A DNA stretch of 64,000 nt from the human T2T-CHM13v2.0 reference genome, Homo sapiens. The stretch lies in assembly GCF_009914755.1 (NCBI RefSeq), contig NC_060943.1. One strand, 5' to 3'. Made by a program: the position numbers and the translations under genes. Positions 12,821-35,442 of this stretch are shown piece after piece. Position 1 is the stretch's first letter, and each line of letters starts with the position of its first letter. Under the pieces are notes generated by a model. The model saw nothing but the letters and a program-made list of their open reading frames with translations, was not told where the DNA came from and made no database searches.

Positions 12821-13299
12821 AAAGACACTTTATCACACTGATGTGATATTAGGTCAACTCAATGCAATATTTTTTTCCTAAGAAAATTTTTGGGGATTAT
12901 TTTCCCATTAGCATAAAGTTCAGTTCAGTTGTTCAAACACCTGTGATTTATTTTTACATGCATATTACTATGGATGGTGATAATTAAACAAAAAATGCAG
13001 AAAATAAAGAAATGCTTTCTGAAGAGTGAGCCCAGGTACTATATTATTATATGAGTATAGACAATGTGGACTGTACATGTGATTACATGTGATTGTAAAT
13101 GTGTGGATGTTTTATATATGTATAAGTAATTTGTTGTATAATATAGTGCTCAGGCTGCATTTTTAAAAATTTGTATGAGGTGGGTTTGATCAAGATAAAT
13201 GGGTGAAATAAAAATGATAAGGTTGGTAATAGTTTTGACTATGCAATAAATAACATTGATGATAGAAGTCTTATTGCGTTTTTCAAATATAGAAAAGAT

Positions 13300-13854
13300 G
13301 ATTCCTCTTCATCATTAAGATTACCATGTTGCACTTATAGTAATATAAAAAATGCCCTTTTCTTCCAAGCTGTCATCAGACTTACAGCCAACACCTTCCT
13401 TCTCTTCCACATCTTCACAACCCTTCTGGATCACAAGCCTAAGTCCACTGACCACATCACCTGTCACCTGGACCTTGCACACTTAGTGATGCTCCTCATT
13501 GCGGTCTTCTTGGCATCTCCAGACCTGTTTAAGTAACTACATTTGCAGAATAACTTAAAGTGCAAGGCATTTTTCTACATGTACAGGGTGATGAGGAGCC
13601 TCTCCAGCTCCATCACCTTTCTCCTGACTGTGCTCCAGGTCATCACCATCAGCCCCAGCACCTCCTGGTTGGTGAAGACTAAACAGAAATTCACAGGTTA
13701 CATTTTCTACTCCTGTTTCTTCCTATGGGTTCTCAGTTTGTCTCTCAGTAGTAACCTGCTTTCCCCCACTGTGGCTTCTTCTAAAGTGACCAAGACTGAT
13801 GTGCTAAGTATCAGTAAATACTGCTCACTTTCTTACATAAGCTACATCTTCTAA
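13300..13854 (+). pseudogene. Vomeronasal type-1 receptor (VN1R/V1R) pseudogene, 3'-truncated
   Basis: Translation KNALFFQAVIRLTANTFLLFHIFTTLLDHKPKSTD...PDLFK*LHLQNNLKCKAFFYMYRVMRSLSSSITFLLTVLQVITISPSTSWL matches V1R TM1-TM4 motifs (ANTFLL, KPTD, CK..Y..RV.R.LS, QAITISP). It has an in-frame stop at ~13535 and ends after KYCSLS. Confidence 0.93.
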
Positions 13855-14206
13855 TATGACAAAGACTGATGTGCTAAGTTGTGCTTTATTTCTTGTCATT
13901 CTATTATTCCTATACATATAATTACATTCATATTGCTATTATTTTCTCTTTTTTATATGGTTGTATTCATTCTGCTGAAAACTCCAGTTCACTAATCCAG
14001 TTCACTAATTCTGTCGTCAACTCAGTCTAATTTTATATTTAACTCACATATTGTATATTAAATTTATTTACTTTTAAATTATTCCACTTATATTTGTCTC
14101 TTTTCCAAATTTGCTTGTTCAGTTTATAGTTCCCTGCTGTTTCAAAATTATTTCGATATCCTCTTTTCCCCACTTGTTTTGACTTAAAGATTTAAAATAT
14201 ATATCC

Positions 14207-14500
<294 letters not shown>

Positions 14501-14599
14501 AGGTATTTCCAATATGCCAAGTTTATGCAGTGTCTAATTTCTTCTTACCCCTTTTCCTGGTACCTCATTTTCTTCTGTGCTTCATACTTTTAATGAATT

Positions 14600-16530
<1,931 letters not shown>

Positions 16531-16829
16531 TAATTTGGTTTTAACACAAATAAAGATCTCACATAAAGATAAAAGGGGATGTGTTGGCTTGTAATTTTTG
16601 TTAAAAGCAATGGTATATGTTGTATAGGATAGTGTATTGGGATCAACAGGTTTTTGGGTTTTTTTTTCAGCCCACTGACATTGAAAGGGATAAACAGTTT
16701 TTTGGTTATTAGTGAGCAGTTTTCTCTCAGGCCATAGTGTAGGGGTTTGTGGTCATGTAGATGAGAGATAGGCTGGGATTAAAATTTGTTATGGCAGTAA
16801 TAAGAGCAACAGAGCTAGACTCTGTCAAA

Positions 16830-19380
<2,551 letters not shown>

Positions 19381-19639
19381 GCATAGAATTAAGTAGGCCC
19401 AGAAATATGAGGATTTTAATGAAATGATAATACCTAAGTAATAATCAATCAAGAAGTAAAAACAAAGTCATACTTCACTCCCATTTTTGTTTCTAATCTA
19501 TATGTTTTCTACTTTAAAGCTGTAGAATTTTCTTTTTTTCATTGCTAATTATATTTTAATGTGACTAGTCTGGGACTATTTTTTCTAAAATTTTCAGTTT
19601 TTCTATATAATTTTTCTCTAACTTTTAGTTTCTTTGTTT

Positions 19640-21010
<1,371 letters not shown>

Positions 21011-21151
21011 CAAATCTCTCTTTAAAATACATTTTATAAGAAAGAAAGAAATAAAATTCATAGAAAAATTTTGTGACTAACACAGTCATTATTCCAAAAC
21101 TTCAAAACCAAGCCAATATAAGATACATTTGGATGTAAAATTACATATAAG

Positions 21152-21187
<36 letters not shown>

Positions 21188-21344
21188 CAATATGTACATA
21201 TATAATAACTGAGAAGATTTTATTTCAGAAATACAGGGCATTCCAAGAAGACAATCAGCTTATAAAATTTAATAAAATAAAATAAAACAACAGCATTTAT
21301 TGAGTAAATTATTGTATACCTTTGTAACATTTATAAATAACTTA

Positions 21345-21691
<347 letters not shown>

Positions 21692-21739
21692 CTACTAGTG
21701 AACATTTCAATTATTAATGATAACAATGCATCAGTATAT

Positions 21740-22540
21740 AAGAATAAAATATAAATGACCAATGAGCACATAGATGCTTAGCATCTCTTTTCATTAGAAA
21801 AATGCAAATCAAAACCACAATTAAATGTCAGTTTACACACACTAGGATAGGTATATTCAAGAAAAGAAATAAATGTGGATGAGAATGTGGAGAAATTAGA
21901 ACCCTCATACCGTGCTGATGGCATGGTAAAATAATACAGCCATTTTGGAAAATATTTTGGCAGGTCCTCCACAGGTTAAGATAGAGTTACCATATAGCTC
22001 AGCAATTCTACTCCTGAGTATATACCAAACAGAAATAAAAGCATATGCCTACACAAAAACTTTGTATTATGTTTATAGGAGCATTGTTATAAATAGCCAT
22101 AAAGTAGGTATGACCCAAATATCTATGGGTGAATAACCAAATAAAGAAAATATGGTATTATCTATACAATGGAATATTAGCCATAAAAATAAATACAGTC
22201 CTATGATATGTGTTACAACATGGATAAATAATAAAAACATATGCTAAATGAGAAAAAAACAAAGAAAAAAGTTCACATATTTCTATAAAATGACTAGAAT
22301 AGACAACTAAAGATAGAAAGTGGATTAGTCGTTACCAGGGAAATTGGGTGGGAGAATAAGAAATGACTGCTTGATGGATATGGAGTTCTTTTGTGAAAGG
22401 GTGATGAAACTATTTTGGAATTTGATAGTGGTGACAGTTGTGTAGCATTGTAAATAGACTGAAAAACACTGAATTTTACACTTTAAATCGGTTAATACAT
22501 TGAACTCTATGTTATGTAAATTTTAGCTGACTAAAACAAT
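21740..22540 (+). mobile_element. L1MB-type 3' end
   Basis: aaatgcaaatcaaaaccaca...gatagaaagtggattagtcgttaccagg...gatagtggtgacagttgtgtagcattg. Confidence 0.8.
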
Positions 22541-24064
22541 TTAACAAACAAAGAAAAATAGACTATGAAACAAGAGAACAAATGAGGGAGCCCTACAGGC
22601 TCCAGGACAATGTGGGGGGCCTCAGAAGCCTTCTGTGCTTCCTGTTTGCCTCCACTATTCTGAGGTATCCAGTTAACTCCCCAGGCCTCCTCATCCCAGC
22701 CTGGAAAATGACTTTAGCTCCACTCAAAAAAACAAACAAACAAACCAAAGCTCTGACAGGGATGGTCTTGTCCTTGGGCCTCGGAGCAGTGGTCTGATGC
22801 TCTGCCACATTCTACAGTAGCCTGTGTGCTCAGTCCCACAAACCCCCAGGCCACTTTCTGCTCTGAAAGACCTTCAGAGGATACAGAGCAATTTCCAAGG
22901 TCAGCTCACTTCTTTAAGCCTTTGAAATTTAGGGGCCACCCAGGTCAATTATGTCAGTTTATAGAGAAAAAAAAATAAGGTTTTCACTACTGTATTCCTC
23001 TCCATACTGGGTATAGGGGGATTCTTCCTAATTTTAATTATGCACAGCAATGAATGCAGAAAACAAGTTTTTGTCCTCTGAAGGCTATCCTGGGGATGGC
23101 CACAGCCCAGGCAAATCCATGGGAACCTTGAGGTTCCCAAGCCATTGGCCTGTTATCTTTTCCCACCCCCGTGTTATGGGTCTTGGGCATGTTACCAGGA
23201 GATGGGGTGCCCCTACCTTATGGCAAAGCTGCCCCGATCCTCTCTTTCCTTTCTTCTTGTCACTCCATCAGTATTAACTCATCTTCTGATCTTTAACCTG
23301 AGAAGTCTGTGTGTGTTTTTTTGTGTGTGTGCGCACATGTGTGTTTATGCCCAAACCTGTACGCGTCTAATGGTGCAGACGTGAGATTGCATCATATGAT
23401 GAGAAAATTGGCAGGAATCCCCAGGATTTCAGGGATTCATTCCCAAAGCAAACCCCGTGAGAGAGTTGAGCCCTGGCCTAGGATGTCAGAATGCTCTTTT
23501 ATTCTCTGGACTCTGCCCACTTTATGTTCTCTCCATATCCCAGTTTCTTCTCTCCATATCCTGGAGAGAAGTCTCGGCTTCTCTCCAGATCCCAGTTTTC
23601 CAATTATCCAGTGAGGTGTTAGATGTCAAAGTGCTTAAGCCACAACTCAGCATGCACATGGTCCAAGCTGCCTGCCAACTACGATGGATGTAGCAGGGCT
23701 GTGATCAGGGTGTGCCCAGATCTTCCTTACTCGAGCAGAAGTAGATGGGTTCTGCAGTGGGCAGCTGGACCTTCTGTCCAAGAAGGGTCGTGCACACAGG
23801 ATCTTTAAAGGCCCACAGACAATGGGTGCATGTGAGCCCCACCTCCATCCCCCAACAGCTTCCCATGGAGCATACCAATTTTTCCCCTGTCCTCTGCATC
23901 TGGAAGGTGGTGACATCCTCACTGAACACATAGACTGATGGACCCTTCATGGTGGAGTAGTCCCACGAAGAGAATCTGAGATGCTATTAACTGTACAAGG
24001 GACTATGGATGTGGGCCATGTGAAAACACTAGAACTTCAGAATTAAATCTTCCTCACTGCAGCC

Positions 24065-25363
24065 TGTGGGGAAAAGAAAGAGAGATCAGACTGTTACTGT
24101 GTCTATGTAGAAAGAAGTAGACATAAGAGACTCCATTTTGTTCTGTACTAAGAGAAATTCTTCTGCCTTGAGATGCTGTTAATCTGTAACCCTAGCCCCA
24201 ACCCTGTGCTTGCAGAGACATGTGCTGTGTTGACTCAAGGTTTAATGGATTTAGGGCTATGCAGGATGTGCTTTGTTAAAAAAGTGCTTGATGAGTTCAT
24301 GTCCTTTGTATGGACATGGGTGAAACTGGAAACCATCATTCTCAGCAAACTATCACAAGGACGAAAAACCAAACACCGCATGTTCTCATTCATAGGTGGG
24401 AATTGAACAATGAGAACACATGGACACAGGAAGGGGAACATCACTCACCGGGGACTGTTGTGGGGTGGGGGGAGAGGTGAGGGATAGCATTAGGAGATAC
24501 ACCTAATGCTAAATGATGAGTTAATGGGTGCAGCACACCAACATGGCACATGTATACATATGTAACAAACCTGCACCTTGTGCACATGTACCCTAAAACT
24601 TAAAGTATAGTAATAAAAAAAAAGTGCTTGAAGCCAGTATGCTTGTTAAAAGTCATCACCATTCTCTAATCTTAAGTACCCAGGGACACAATACACTGCG
24701 GAAGGCCACAGGGACCTCTGCCTAGGAAAGCCAGGTATTGTCCAAGTTTTCTCCCCATGTGATAGCATGAGATATGGCCTCATGGGAAGGGAAAGACCTG
24801 ACCATCCCCCAGCCTGACACCCGTAAAGTGTCTGTGCTGAGGAGGATTAGTAAAAGAGGAAGACCTCTTTGCAGTTGAGATAAGAGGAAGGCATCTGTCT
24901 CCTGCTTGTCCCTGGGCAATGGAATGTCTCGGTGTAAAACCTGATTGTATGTTCTATTTCCTGAGGTAGGAGAAAACCAGCCTTAGGGCTGGAGGTGAGA
25001 CATGCTAGCGGCAGTACTGCTCTTTAATGCATCAAGATGTTTGTGTACGTGCACATCAAAGCACAGCACCTTTCCTTAAACACAGAGATCTTTGTTCACA
25101 TGTTTTCCTGCTGACCCTCTCCTCACTGTTACCCTATTGTCCTGCCACATGCCCCTCTCTGAGATGGTAGAGATAATGAACAATAAATACTGTGGGAGCT
25201 CAGAGACCAGTGCTGGTGCAGGTCCTCCTTATGTTGAGCACCGGTCCCCTGGGCCCACTTTTCTTTCTCTATACTTTGTCTCTGTCTCTTATTTCTTTTC
25301 TCAGTCTCTCATTCCACCTGACAAGAAACACCTACAGGTGCGGAAGGGCAGGCCACCCCTTCA
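24065..25363 (+). mobile_element. LTR5 (HERV-K HML-2; older LTR5A/B type) solo LTR interrupted by an L1
   Basis: Starts tgtggggaaaagaaagagagatcagactgttactgtgtctatgtag, ends ggccaccccttca; TSD cagcc (24060-24064 / 25364-25368). Confidence 0.92.
24292..24617 (+). mobile_element. 5'-truncated L1PA3/4 3' end inside LTR5
   Basis: ORF2 end (..[21 protein letters not shown]) plus 3'UTR; TSD aaaaaagtgcttga (24278-24291 / 24618-24631). Confidence 0.93.
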
Positions 25364-26842
25364 CAGCCTTCCACCACTATACAGATAGGAGAATGTCTTA
25401 GGAAGGAGACATGTATTATCCAAGATTATACAAGGATTCCATGGCAAAGCTAGCACTTTGGTTAGGATTACATTTGCCCACATATAGAAGAAAACCCAAT
25501 ATAATAGTAGTGCAGACCAGAGAGAAAATGCTTTCTTTCTCATAAATAAGAATCCTAGAGCTGGGCAGTGCATGTTGACTCTGATCTGTGCATCAAGGCA
25601 GTCAAAAATAATCTATCTTTTTGCTAATTTTTTTCTTTTTTTAACTTTTAAGTTTAGGGGTACATGTGCAGGATGTGCAAGTTTGTTACATATGTAAATA
25701 TGTGTCATGAAGGTTGATTGTACAGATTATTTTATCACCCAGTCATTAAGCCTACTCTCCACTAGTTATTTTTTCTGCTTCTCTCCCTCCTCTCACCCTC
25801 CAACTCCTGATAGGCCCCAGTGTGTGTTGTTCCCTTCTCTGTGTCTGGGTGTTCTCATCATCTAGCTCCCACTTATAAGTGAGAACATGTGGTATCTGGC
25901 TTTCTGTTCCTGTGTTAGTTTACTAAGGAAAATGGTCTCCAGCTCCATCCATCCATGTCCCTACAAAGGACATGATCCTGTTCCTTTTTGTGGCTGCATA
26001 GTACTCCATGGTGTATGTGTAATACATTTTCTTCATCCAGTCTATTATTGACGAACATGTGGGTTGATTCAATGTCTTTGCTATTGTGAATAGGGCAGCA
26101 ATAAATGTGTGCATGCATATGTCTTCATAACAGAATGACATATTCCTTTGGGTATATACTCAGTACTAAGATTGCTGAGTCAAAGGGTATTTTTGTCTTT
26201 AGGTCTTTGAAGAATCACCACACAGTCTTCCACAATGGTTGAACTCATTTACACTCCAATGAACAGGGTAAAAATGTTCCTTTTCTCCACAGCTTTGCCA
26301 GCATCTGCTATTTTTTGACAGTTTAATAATAGCCATTTTATTGATATAAAATGGTATCTCATTGTTTTTTGGATTTGCATTTCTCTAATGATCAGTGATG
26401 TTGAACTTTTTTTCATATGCTTGTTGGCTGCATGTATGTCTTCTTTTAAGAAGTGTCTCTTCATGTCCTTTGCCCACGTTTCAATAAGGTTGTTTGATTT
26501 TTCTTGTAAATTTGAGTTCCATATAGATGTTAGAAATTGGATCTTTGTCAGATGCATGGTTTGCAAAATTTTTCTCCCATTCTATACGTTGTCTGTTTAC
26601 ACTGTTTATAGTTTATTTTGCTGTGCAGAACATCTTTAGTTTAATTAGATCCCATTTGTCAATGTTTCCTTTGCTCCAATTGCTTTCGGCATCTTCATCA
26701 TAAAATATTTGCCCGTGCCTATGTCCTGAATGGTATTTCCTAGGTTGTCTTCCAAAGTTTTTATAATTTTGGGTTTTACATTTAACTTGTTAAACTATCT
26801 TGAGTTAATTTTTGTATACGGTGTTAGGAAGGAGTTCAGTTT

Positions 26843-27158
26843 ATTTCTTTCTTTCTTTTTTAATTTTAGTTTAAGTTCCGGGATACAAGTGCAGAACATA
26901 TAGGTTTGTTACATAGGTATACATGTGCCATGGTGGTTTGCTGCACCTATCAGCTCGTCATCCAGGCTTCAAGCCCCACATGCATTAGCTATTTCCCCTA
27001 ATGCTCTCCCTCCCCTCACCCCCTACTGTCTGACTAGCCCCAGTGTGTGTTGTTTCCCTCCCAGTGTCCATGTGTTCTTATTGTTCAACTCACACTTATG
27101 AGTGAGAACATGCCATGTTTGGTTTTCTGTTCTTGTGTTAGTTTGCTGACAATGATGG
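26843..27158 (-). mobile_element. Nested L1PA (PA7/8-like) 3' end
   Basis: 3'UTR with TSD aggaaggagttcagttt (26826-26842) / aggaaggggttcagttt (27159-27175). Confidence 0.88.
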
Positions 27159-27811
27159 AGGAAGGGGTTCAGTTTCAATTTTCTGCATATGGCTATCCAG
27201 TTAACCCAGCATCATTTACTGAATAGGGAGCCCTTTTTCCATTGGTTGTTTTTGTCAGGTTTGTCAAAGATCAGATAGTTGTAGGTGCGCGGTCTTATTT
27301 CTGGGTTCTCTATTCTGTTTCATTGGTCTACATGTCTGTTCTTGTACCAGCACCATACTGTTTTGGTTACTGTAGCCCCATAGCATAGTTTGAAGTTGGG
27401 TAGCATGATGTCTCCAGCTTTGTTCTTTTTTGCTTAGGATTGTCTTGACTATTAAGGCTCTTTTTTGGTTTCATATAAATTTTAAAATAAATTTTTCTAG
27501 CTTTGTGAAAAATGTCAGTGGTAGTTTAATGGGAATAGTATTAAATCTGTAAGTTTCTTTGGGGAGCATGGCCATTTTAACAATATTAATTTTTCCTATC
27601 CATAAGCATGAAATGTTTTTCTATTTGTTTATGTCATCCCTGATTTCTTTGAGCAGTAGTTCATAGTTCTCCTTGTACAGACTTTTCACTTCCCTTGTTA
27701 GATGCATTCCTAGGTATTTTGTTCTTTTTGTGGCAATAGTGAATGGGCGTTCATTCATGATTTTCCTCTTGGATTGACCATTGTTGGTGTATAAGAATTC
27801 TAGTGACTTTT

Positions 27812-28278
<467 letters not shown>

Positions 28279-30470
28279 CTATCTTAAATAGGAGTGGTGA
28301 GAGAGGGCATCCTTGACTTGTGCTGGTTTTAAAGGGAAATGCTTTCAGCCTTTGCTCTTTCAGTATGATGTTGGTTGTGGGTTTGGCATATATGGCTTTT
28401 ACTATTTTGAGGTATGTTTTCTCAATATCTCATTTATTGGGAGTTTTAAACATGAATGGATGTTGAATTTTATTGAAAGCTTTTTCTGCATCTATTGAGA
28501 TAATCATGTGGTTTTTGTCTTTAGTTCTGTTTATGTGATGAATCACATATTGATTTGTGTAGGTTGAAACAACATTGCATCCCACGAATACAGCCTACTT
28601 GATTGTGGTGGATAAGATTTTTGATGTGCTGCTGGATTTGGATTACCAGTATTTTGTTGAGAATTTTTGCATCAGTGTTCATCAAGAATATTGGCCTGAA
28701 GTTTCTTCTTTTGTCTGCCATGTTTTGGTACCAGTATGATCTGGTCTCATAGAAAGAGTTAGGGAGAATACCTTCTGTTTCAATTTTTTGAAATAGTTTT
28801 AGTAGAAATTGTACCAGTTCTTCTTTGTATATCTGGGAGCATTCAGCTGTTAATTTTTCTGGTCCTGTGCTTTTAATGGTTGGTATGCTATTTATTGATG
28901 CCTCAATTTCAGAGCAGTTATTTCTCTTTTGAGGGATTCAATTTCTTCCTGGTTTGTCTTGGGAGGATGTATGTGTTCAGAAATTTATCCATTTCTACTA
29001 AGATTTTTAGCTTATGTGCATAGAGTTGTTTACAATATTCTTTAATGGTTATTTTTATTTCTGTGGAGTCAGTGGTAATTTATTATTTCTGACTGTGTTT
29101 ATTTGAATTTTTGATCTTTTCTTTCTTATTAGTCTATCTAGTGGTGTAGCTATATGATTTTTTTAAAAAATCTCCTGAATTTATTGATCTTTTGAATGGT
29201 TTCTCATGTCTCTATTTCCTTTAGTTCAGCTCTGGTTTTTTTCTTGGTTATTTATTGTCTTCTGCTAGCTCTCTGGTTTCTTTGCTCTTGTTTCTGTAAT
29301 TATTTCAGTTGTGATGTTATGTTGTTAACTTGAGATCTTTCTAGCTTTTTAATGTGGGCAGTTAGTGCTATAAATTTTCCTCTTAACCCTCCCTTAGCTG
29401 TGTCCCAGAGATTCTGGTATGTTTTGTCCTTTTTCGCATTGGTTTCAAAGAACTTCTTGATATTGGCCTTAATTTCATTATTTATCCAAAAGTCATTCAG
29501 GAGCAGGTTATTCAATTTCCATGTAATTTTATGGTTTTCAGTAAATTTCTTCATCTTAAGTTCTAATTTGATTGTGCTGTGGTCTGAAACACCGTTTTTT
29601 ATGATTTCAGTTCTTTCTATTTGCTGAGGAGTGTTTTACTTCTGACTATGTGACCAATTTTAGAGAAAGTGCCATGTGGTGATGAGAAGAATGTATATTC
29701 TGCTATTTTGGGGTAGAGAGTTCTGTAAATATCTGTCACATTTATTTGATCTAGAGCGAAGTTCACGTCCTGAATATCTTTGTGAATTTTCGATCTCAAT
29801 GAACTGTCTAATGTTGTCAGTGGGATGTTAAAGTCTCCCACTATTATTGTGTGGCAGTTTAAGTCTCTTTGAAAGTCTCTACGAGCTTGTTATATAAATC
29901 TGGGTACTCTTGGGTTGGGTGCATATATATTTAGGATAGTTAGTTCTTCTTATTGAATTGAACCCTTTGCCATTATGTAATGCCTCTCTTTGTTTTTGTT
30001 TTGTTTTGTTTCATTTTAACCTGTGTTTTTTTAAACTATGTTTTGTTGCAAACTAAGGTTGCAACCCCTTCTTGTTTCTGTTTTCAATTTGATTGGTAAA
30101 ATTTCCTCCATCCCTTTATTTTTAACCTATATGTGTCACTGCCTTTCAGAGGAGTGTTTTGAAGACAGCATACCAATAAGTCTTGGCTCTTTATTCACTT
30201 TATTTGTAGATTTGATCTGGTCATTTTGATGCTAGCTGTTTATTTGTAGACTTGTTTAAGTGGTTGACATAGTGTCAGTGGTCTGTGTACTTCAGGGTGC
30301 TTTTGCAGTGGCTGGAAATAATTTTTTCTTTCCAAATTAGTGCTTCTTTCAAGATCTCTTGAAAGACAGGTCTGGGGACAATGAATTACCTCAGCATTTG
30401 CTTGTCTAAAAGGAATGTTATTTCTCCCTAGCTTAGGCTTAGTTTGGCCAGATACAAAATTCTGGGTTAA

Positions 30471-32463
<1,993 letters not shown>

Positions 32464-35442
32464 AGAATGTTAAATATTGGCCCTCAATCTTTTTTAGCTT
32501 GTAGAGTTTTCAGTGAGAGGTCTGCTCTTAGTCTGATGGGCTTCACTTTGTAGGTGACCTGGCCTTTCTCTCTTGCTGCCCTTAATATTTTTTTCATTTT
32601 AACTTTGGAGAATCTGATAATTATATGTTTTGAGCATGATCTTTTCATGGAGTATCCTACTGGAGTTCTCTGCATTTTCTGAATTTTAATGTTGACCTGT
32701 ATAGCAAGGCTGGGGATATTCTCATGGACGATATCCTGAAATATTTTTTAAAAATTGGTTCCATTCTCCCCAGCTCTCTTAGGTACACCAATCAGTTATA
32801 AATTTGGTCTCTTTAGATAATCCCATATTGCTCACAGGTTTTGTTCATTCCTTTTGATTCTTTTTTTTCTATTCTTGTCTGCCTGTCTTATTTCAGAAAG
32901 ACAGTCTTCAAGAGCTGAGATTCTCCCATGTTCTTGGTCTATTCTGATATTAATATTTGTGATTGCATTATGAAATTACTGTATTGTGTTTTTCAGCTCT
33001 ATCGGGTTGCTTAGATTCTTCTCTATCCAGGCTAATTTGTTTGTCAGCTTTTGCAATGTTATATTGTAATTTTGAGTTTTCTTGCATTGAGTTAGAACAT
33101 GCTCCTTTAGCTCAGTGAAGTTCATTTTTATCCACATTCTGGGGTCTACTTCTGTTATTTCAGCCATCTCAGCCTCAGCCCTATTCTGAACCCTTGTTGG
33201 AGAAGCAATGTTGTCATTTGGAGGAGTGAGGGCACTCTAGCTTTTTGAGTTTTTAGTATTCTTGTGCTGATCCTTTCTCACTTTTGTGTGCTTATCTACC
33301 TTTACTCTTTGAGGTTGCTGACCTTTGAATGGGATTTTTGTTTGTTTTCCTTTCAACTGTTTGGCCATGTTGTGTAGGGCTGTTGCAGTTGTTTGGGCAT
33401 CTGCCCCAGTCTGTAGTCATCTAGGATTTTTCAGTATCTGGAGGTATCATTAGTGAAGGCTGTGAAACAACAAATCAGCCCACCCCTTTCTCTGGGAGGT
33501 CCATCTCAGGGGAGGTGCACACCTGTTGCTGGCTTGAACACACCTGTAGGAGGTGACTGGAGACCCCTTTTGGGAAGTCTCACCTATCCAGGGGGAACAG
33601 GATTGGGGACCCACTTAAAGAAGCAGTCTAGCCCCACTTTCATAGAGCAGCCATGCTATGCTGGGGTACCACTTCTGCCCCTCATCAGGTTGTGCTCTCT
33701 AAAGCCTGGAGGCTGAAAAAGCTAAGTTGCTGAAACAGCAAAGTTGATGGCCCACCCCTATCTCTAGGAACTCTGTCCCAGAAAGTTTTCAAACTTCTGT
33801 TGGCCAGAGAACATCAGTGGAAGTGGCTGGAGGCCCTGGTTGGGAAGTCCCACTCAGAGATGAGGGGCATATCAGGATCCTACCTAAAGAAGCAGTCTGA
33901 TCACATCATGGTAGAGCCACTGTGCTGTGCTGGGGGATCGCTTCTGCCCACTGTATGGTTTGGGGTCTCCTAAGCCCACAGGCTGGAATGGCTGAGTTGT
34001 CCAAACAGCAAATGTGGTGGCCCACTTCTCCCACTGGACACTGCATCCAGGGAGAAAGCAAAATTCTGTCTGCTGGAGAATATGGAAGGGGTTGGCTGGA
34101 GGCCAGAGTAGGAGGCCCCACCCTGAGATGAGAAATGTGTCAGGGTCCCACTTAAACAAGCAGTCTGGCCACATTTTGGTAGAGCCACTGTGCTGTGCCA
34201 GGGCTTCCCTCCATCTGCCATCAGTTTTGCTTGGACTCTCCTAAACCCACAGGCTGGAAAGGCTGAGTCATCCAAACAGCAAGTATGGCAGTCTGCCTCT
34301 GTCTCCAGAACTTTGTCTCATCCCAGGTAGGTAAAACACTGTTACTGGGGGCTGGCTGGAATTCCAAGCCAGTGGGTCTTATCGGGTGAGGCATCATGGA
34401 TGTGGGGCCCACAGACTGATGTTGTTCATCCCTGTGGTTTAGGCTTCCTTTCTGGGATTTTTATGGTGGTCCCACCTCCTGTTTTGTCTGAGTTGCAGTC
34501 ACCTTTGCTGGAGATCCTGGAGCCGGAGTGTGTAAAGCTTCTGAGATTCTATTTGTCTGAGCAGTTTCTCTGGCAAGACCATGCAGCTCTGTGTGTCAGA
34601 CCAAAGGCCCTGGTGAAATGGGTTCATGAGAAAATCTCCTGACCTGAGGGATAAAAAGATCCATGGGAGAAGTGTGGTTTCACAGGGTCATACATTCACT
34701 CACCACTTCCCTGGACAGGGTAGATTCCCTTCGCTCTGTGTCACTTCTAGGTGGGCAGTTGCCATGCCCTGCTCTTCTCCATTCTGCATGGGTTGAGTTG
34801 TTTCCTTCATTATTCCCAGTGCAAATACCTGGGTGTTTCAGCTGAAGGTGTTGTATTTACTCTCCTCCTTTGTTCCTTTCCATGAGAGCCACACACCATA
34901 TTACTTCTAGTCAGCCATCTTGGCACCCTTTTCTGCTACAATATTTCAGTAGATGGTTTTTATCCTGTAGGCTGTCTCATGGGCCAAGATGGCTGTAGGA
35001 CCGTCAGCCTGCACCAGCAACCATGTGCATTTCAAAGATCAAGAAGGAGGAAAGATGCAAGGTCAAAGTGGCTCACACAGCTGTGTCAGCTCCATCTGAA
35101 CAGTCTCCCCAAAGTCCCGTCAATACTTCTGGTTACACCCAATTGTCTTGAATGTTTTCTAGTCATTATTAGCTTCAATAGGGGTCAGGAACTATAACCG
35201 TTGTGTATGGTAAAGTTGCTGTTTGAATAAAACTGAATCTCTGTCTTTAAGAATGAAAGAAAAATAAAAACTATGGCAATAACCAGTGCTCTTTTTCTGC
35301 ACTAAATTCAAAGATAACAAGGAGAAAATGGAGTTTGTCTCAGGTGAAGTGGCACTTATTTTCCAAGCAAAGCCTCTTTTGGTGTTTATTTATTTTCAGA
35401 TCAGATGGGAAAAAGTCTTGGTTCTGACAAGCACTCTTTTTA

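Noticed and set aside
13543-13854. 103-aa ORF as a functional vomeronasal receptor
   Set aside because: Non-ATG start after an in-frame stop; covers only about TM3-TM4.
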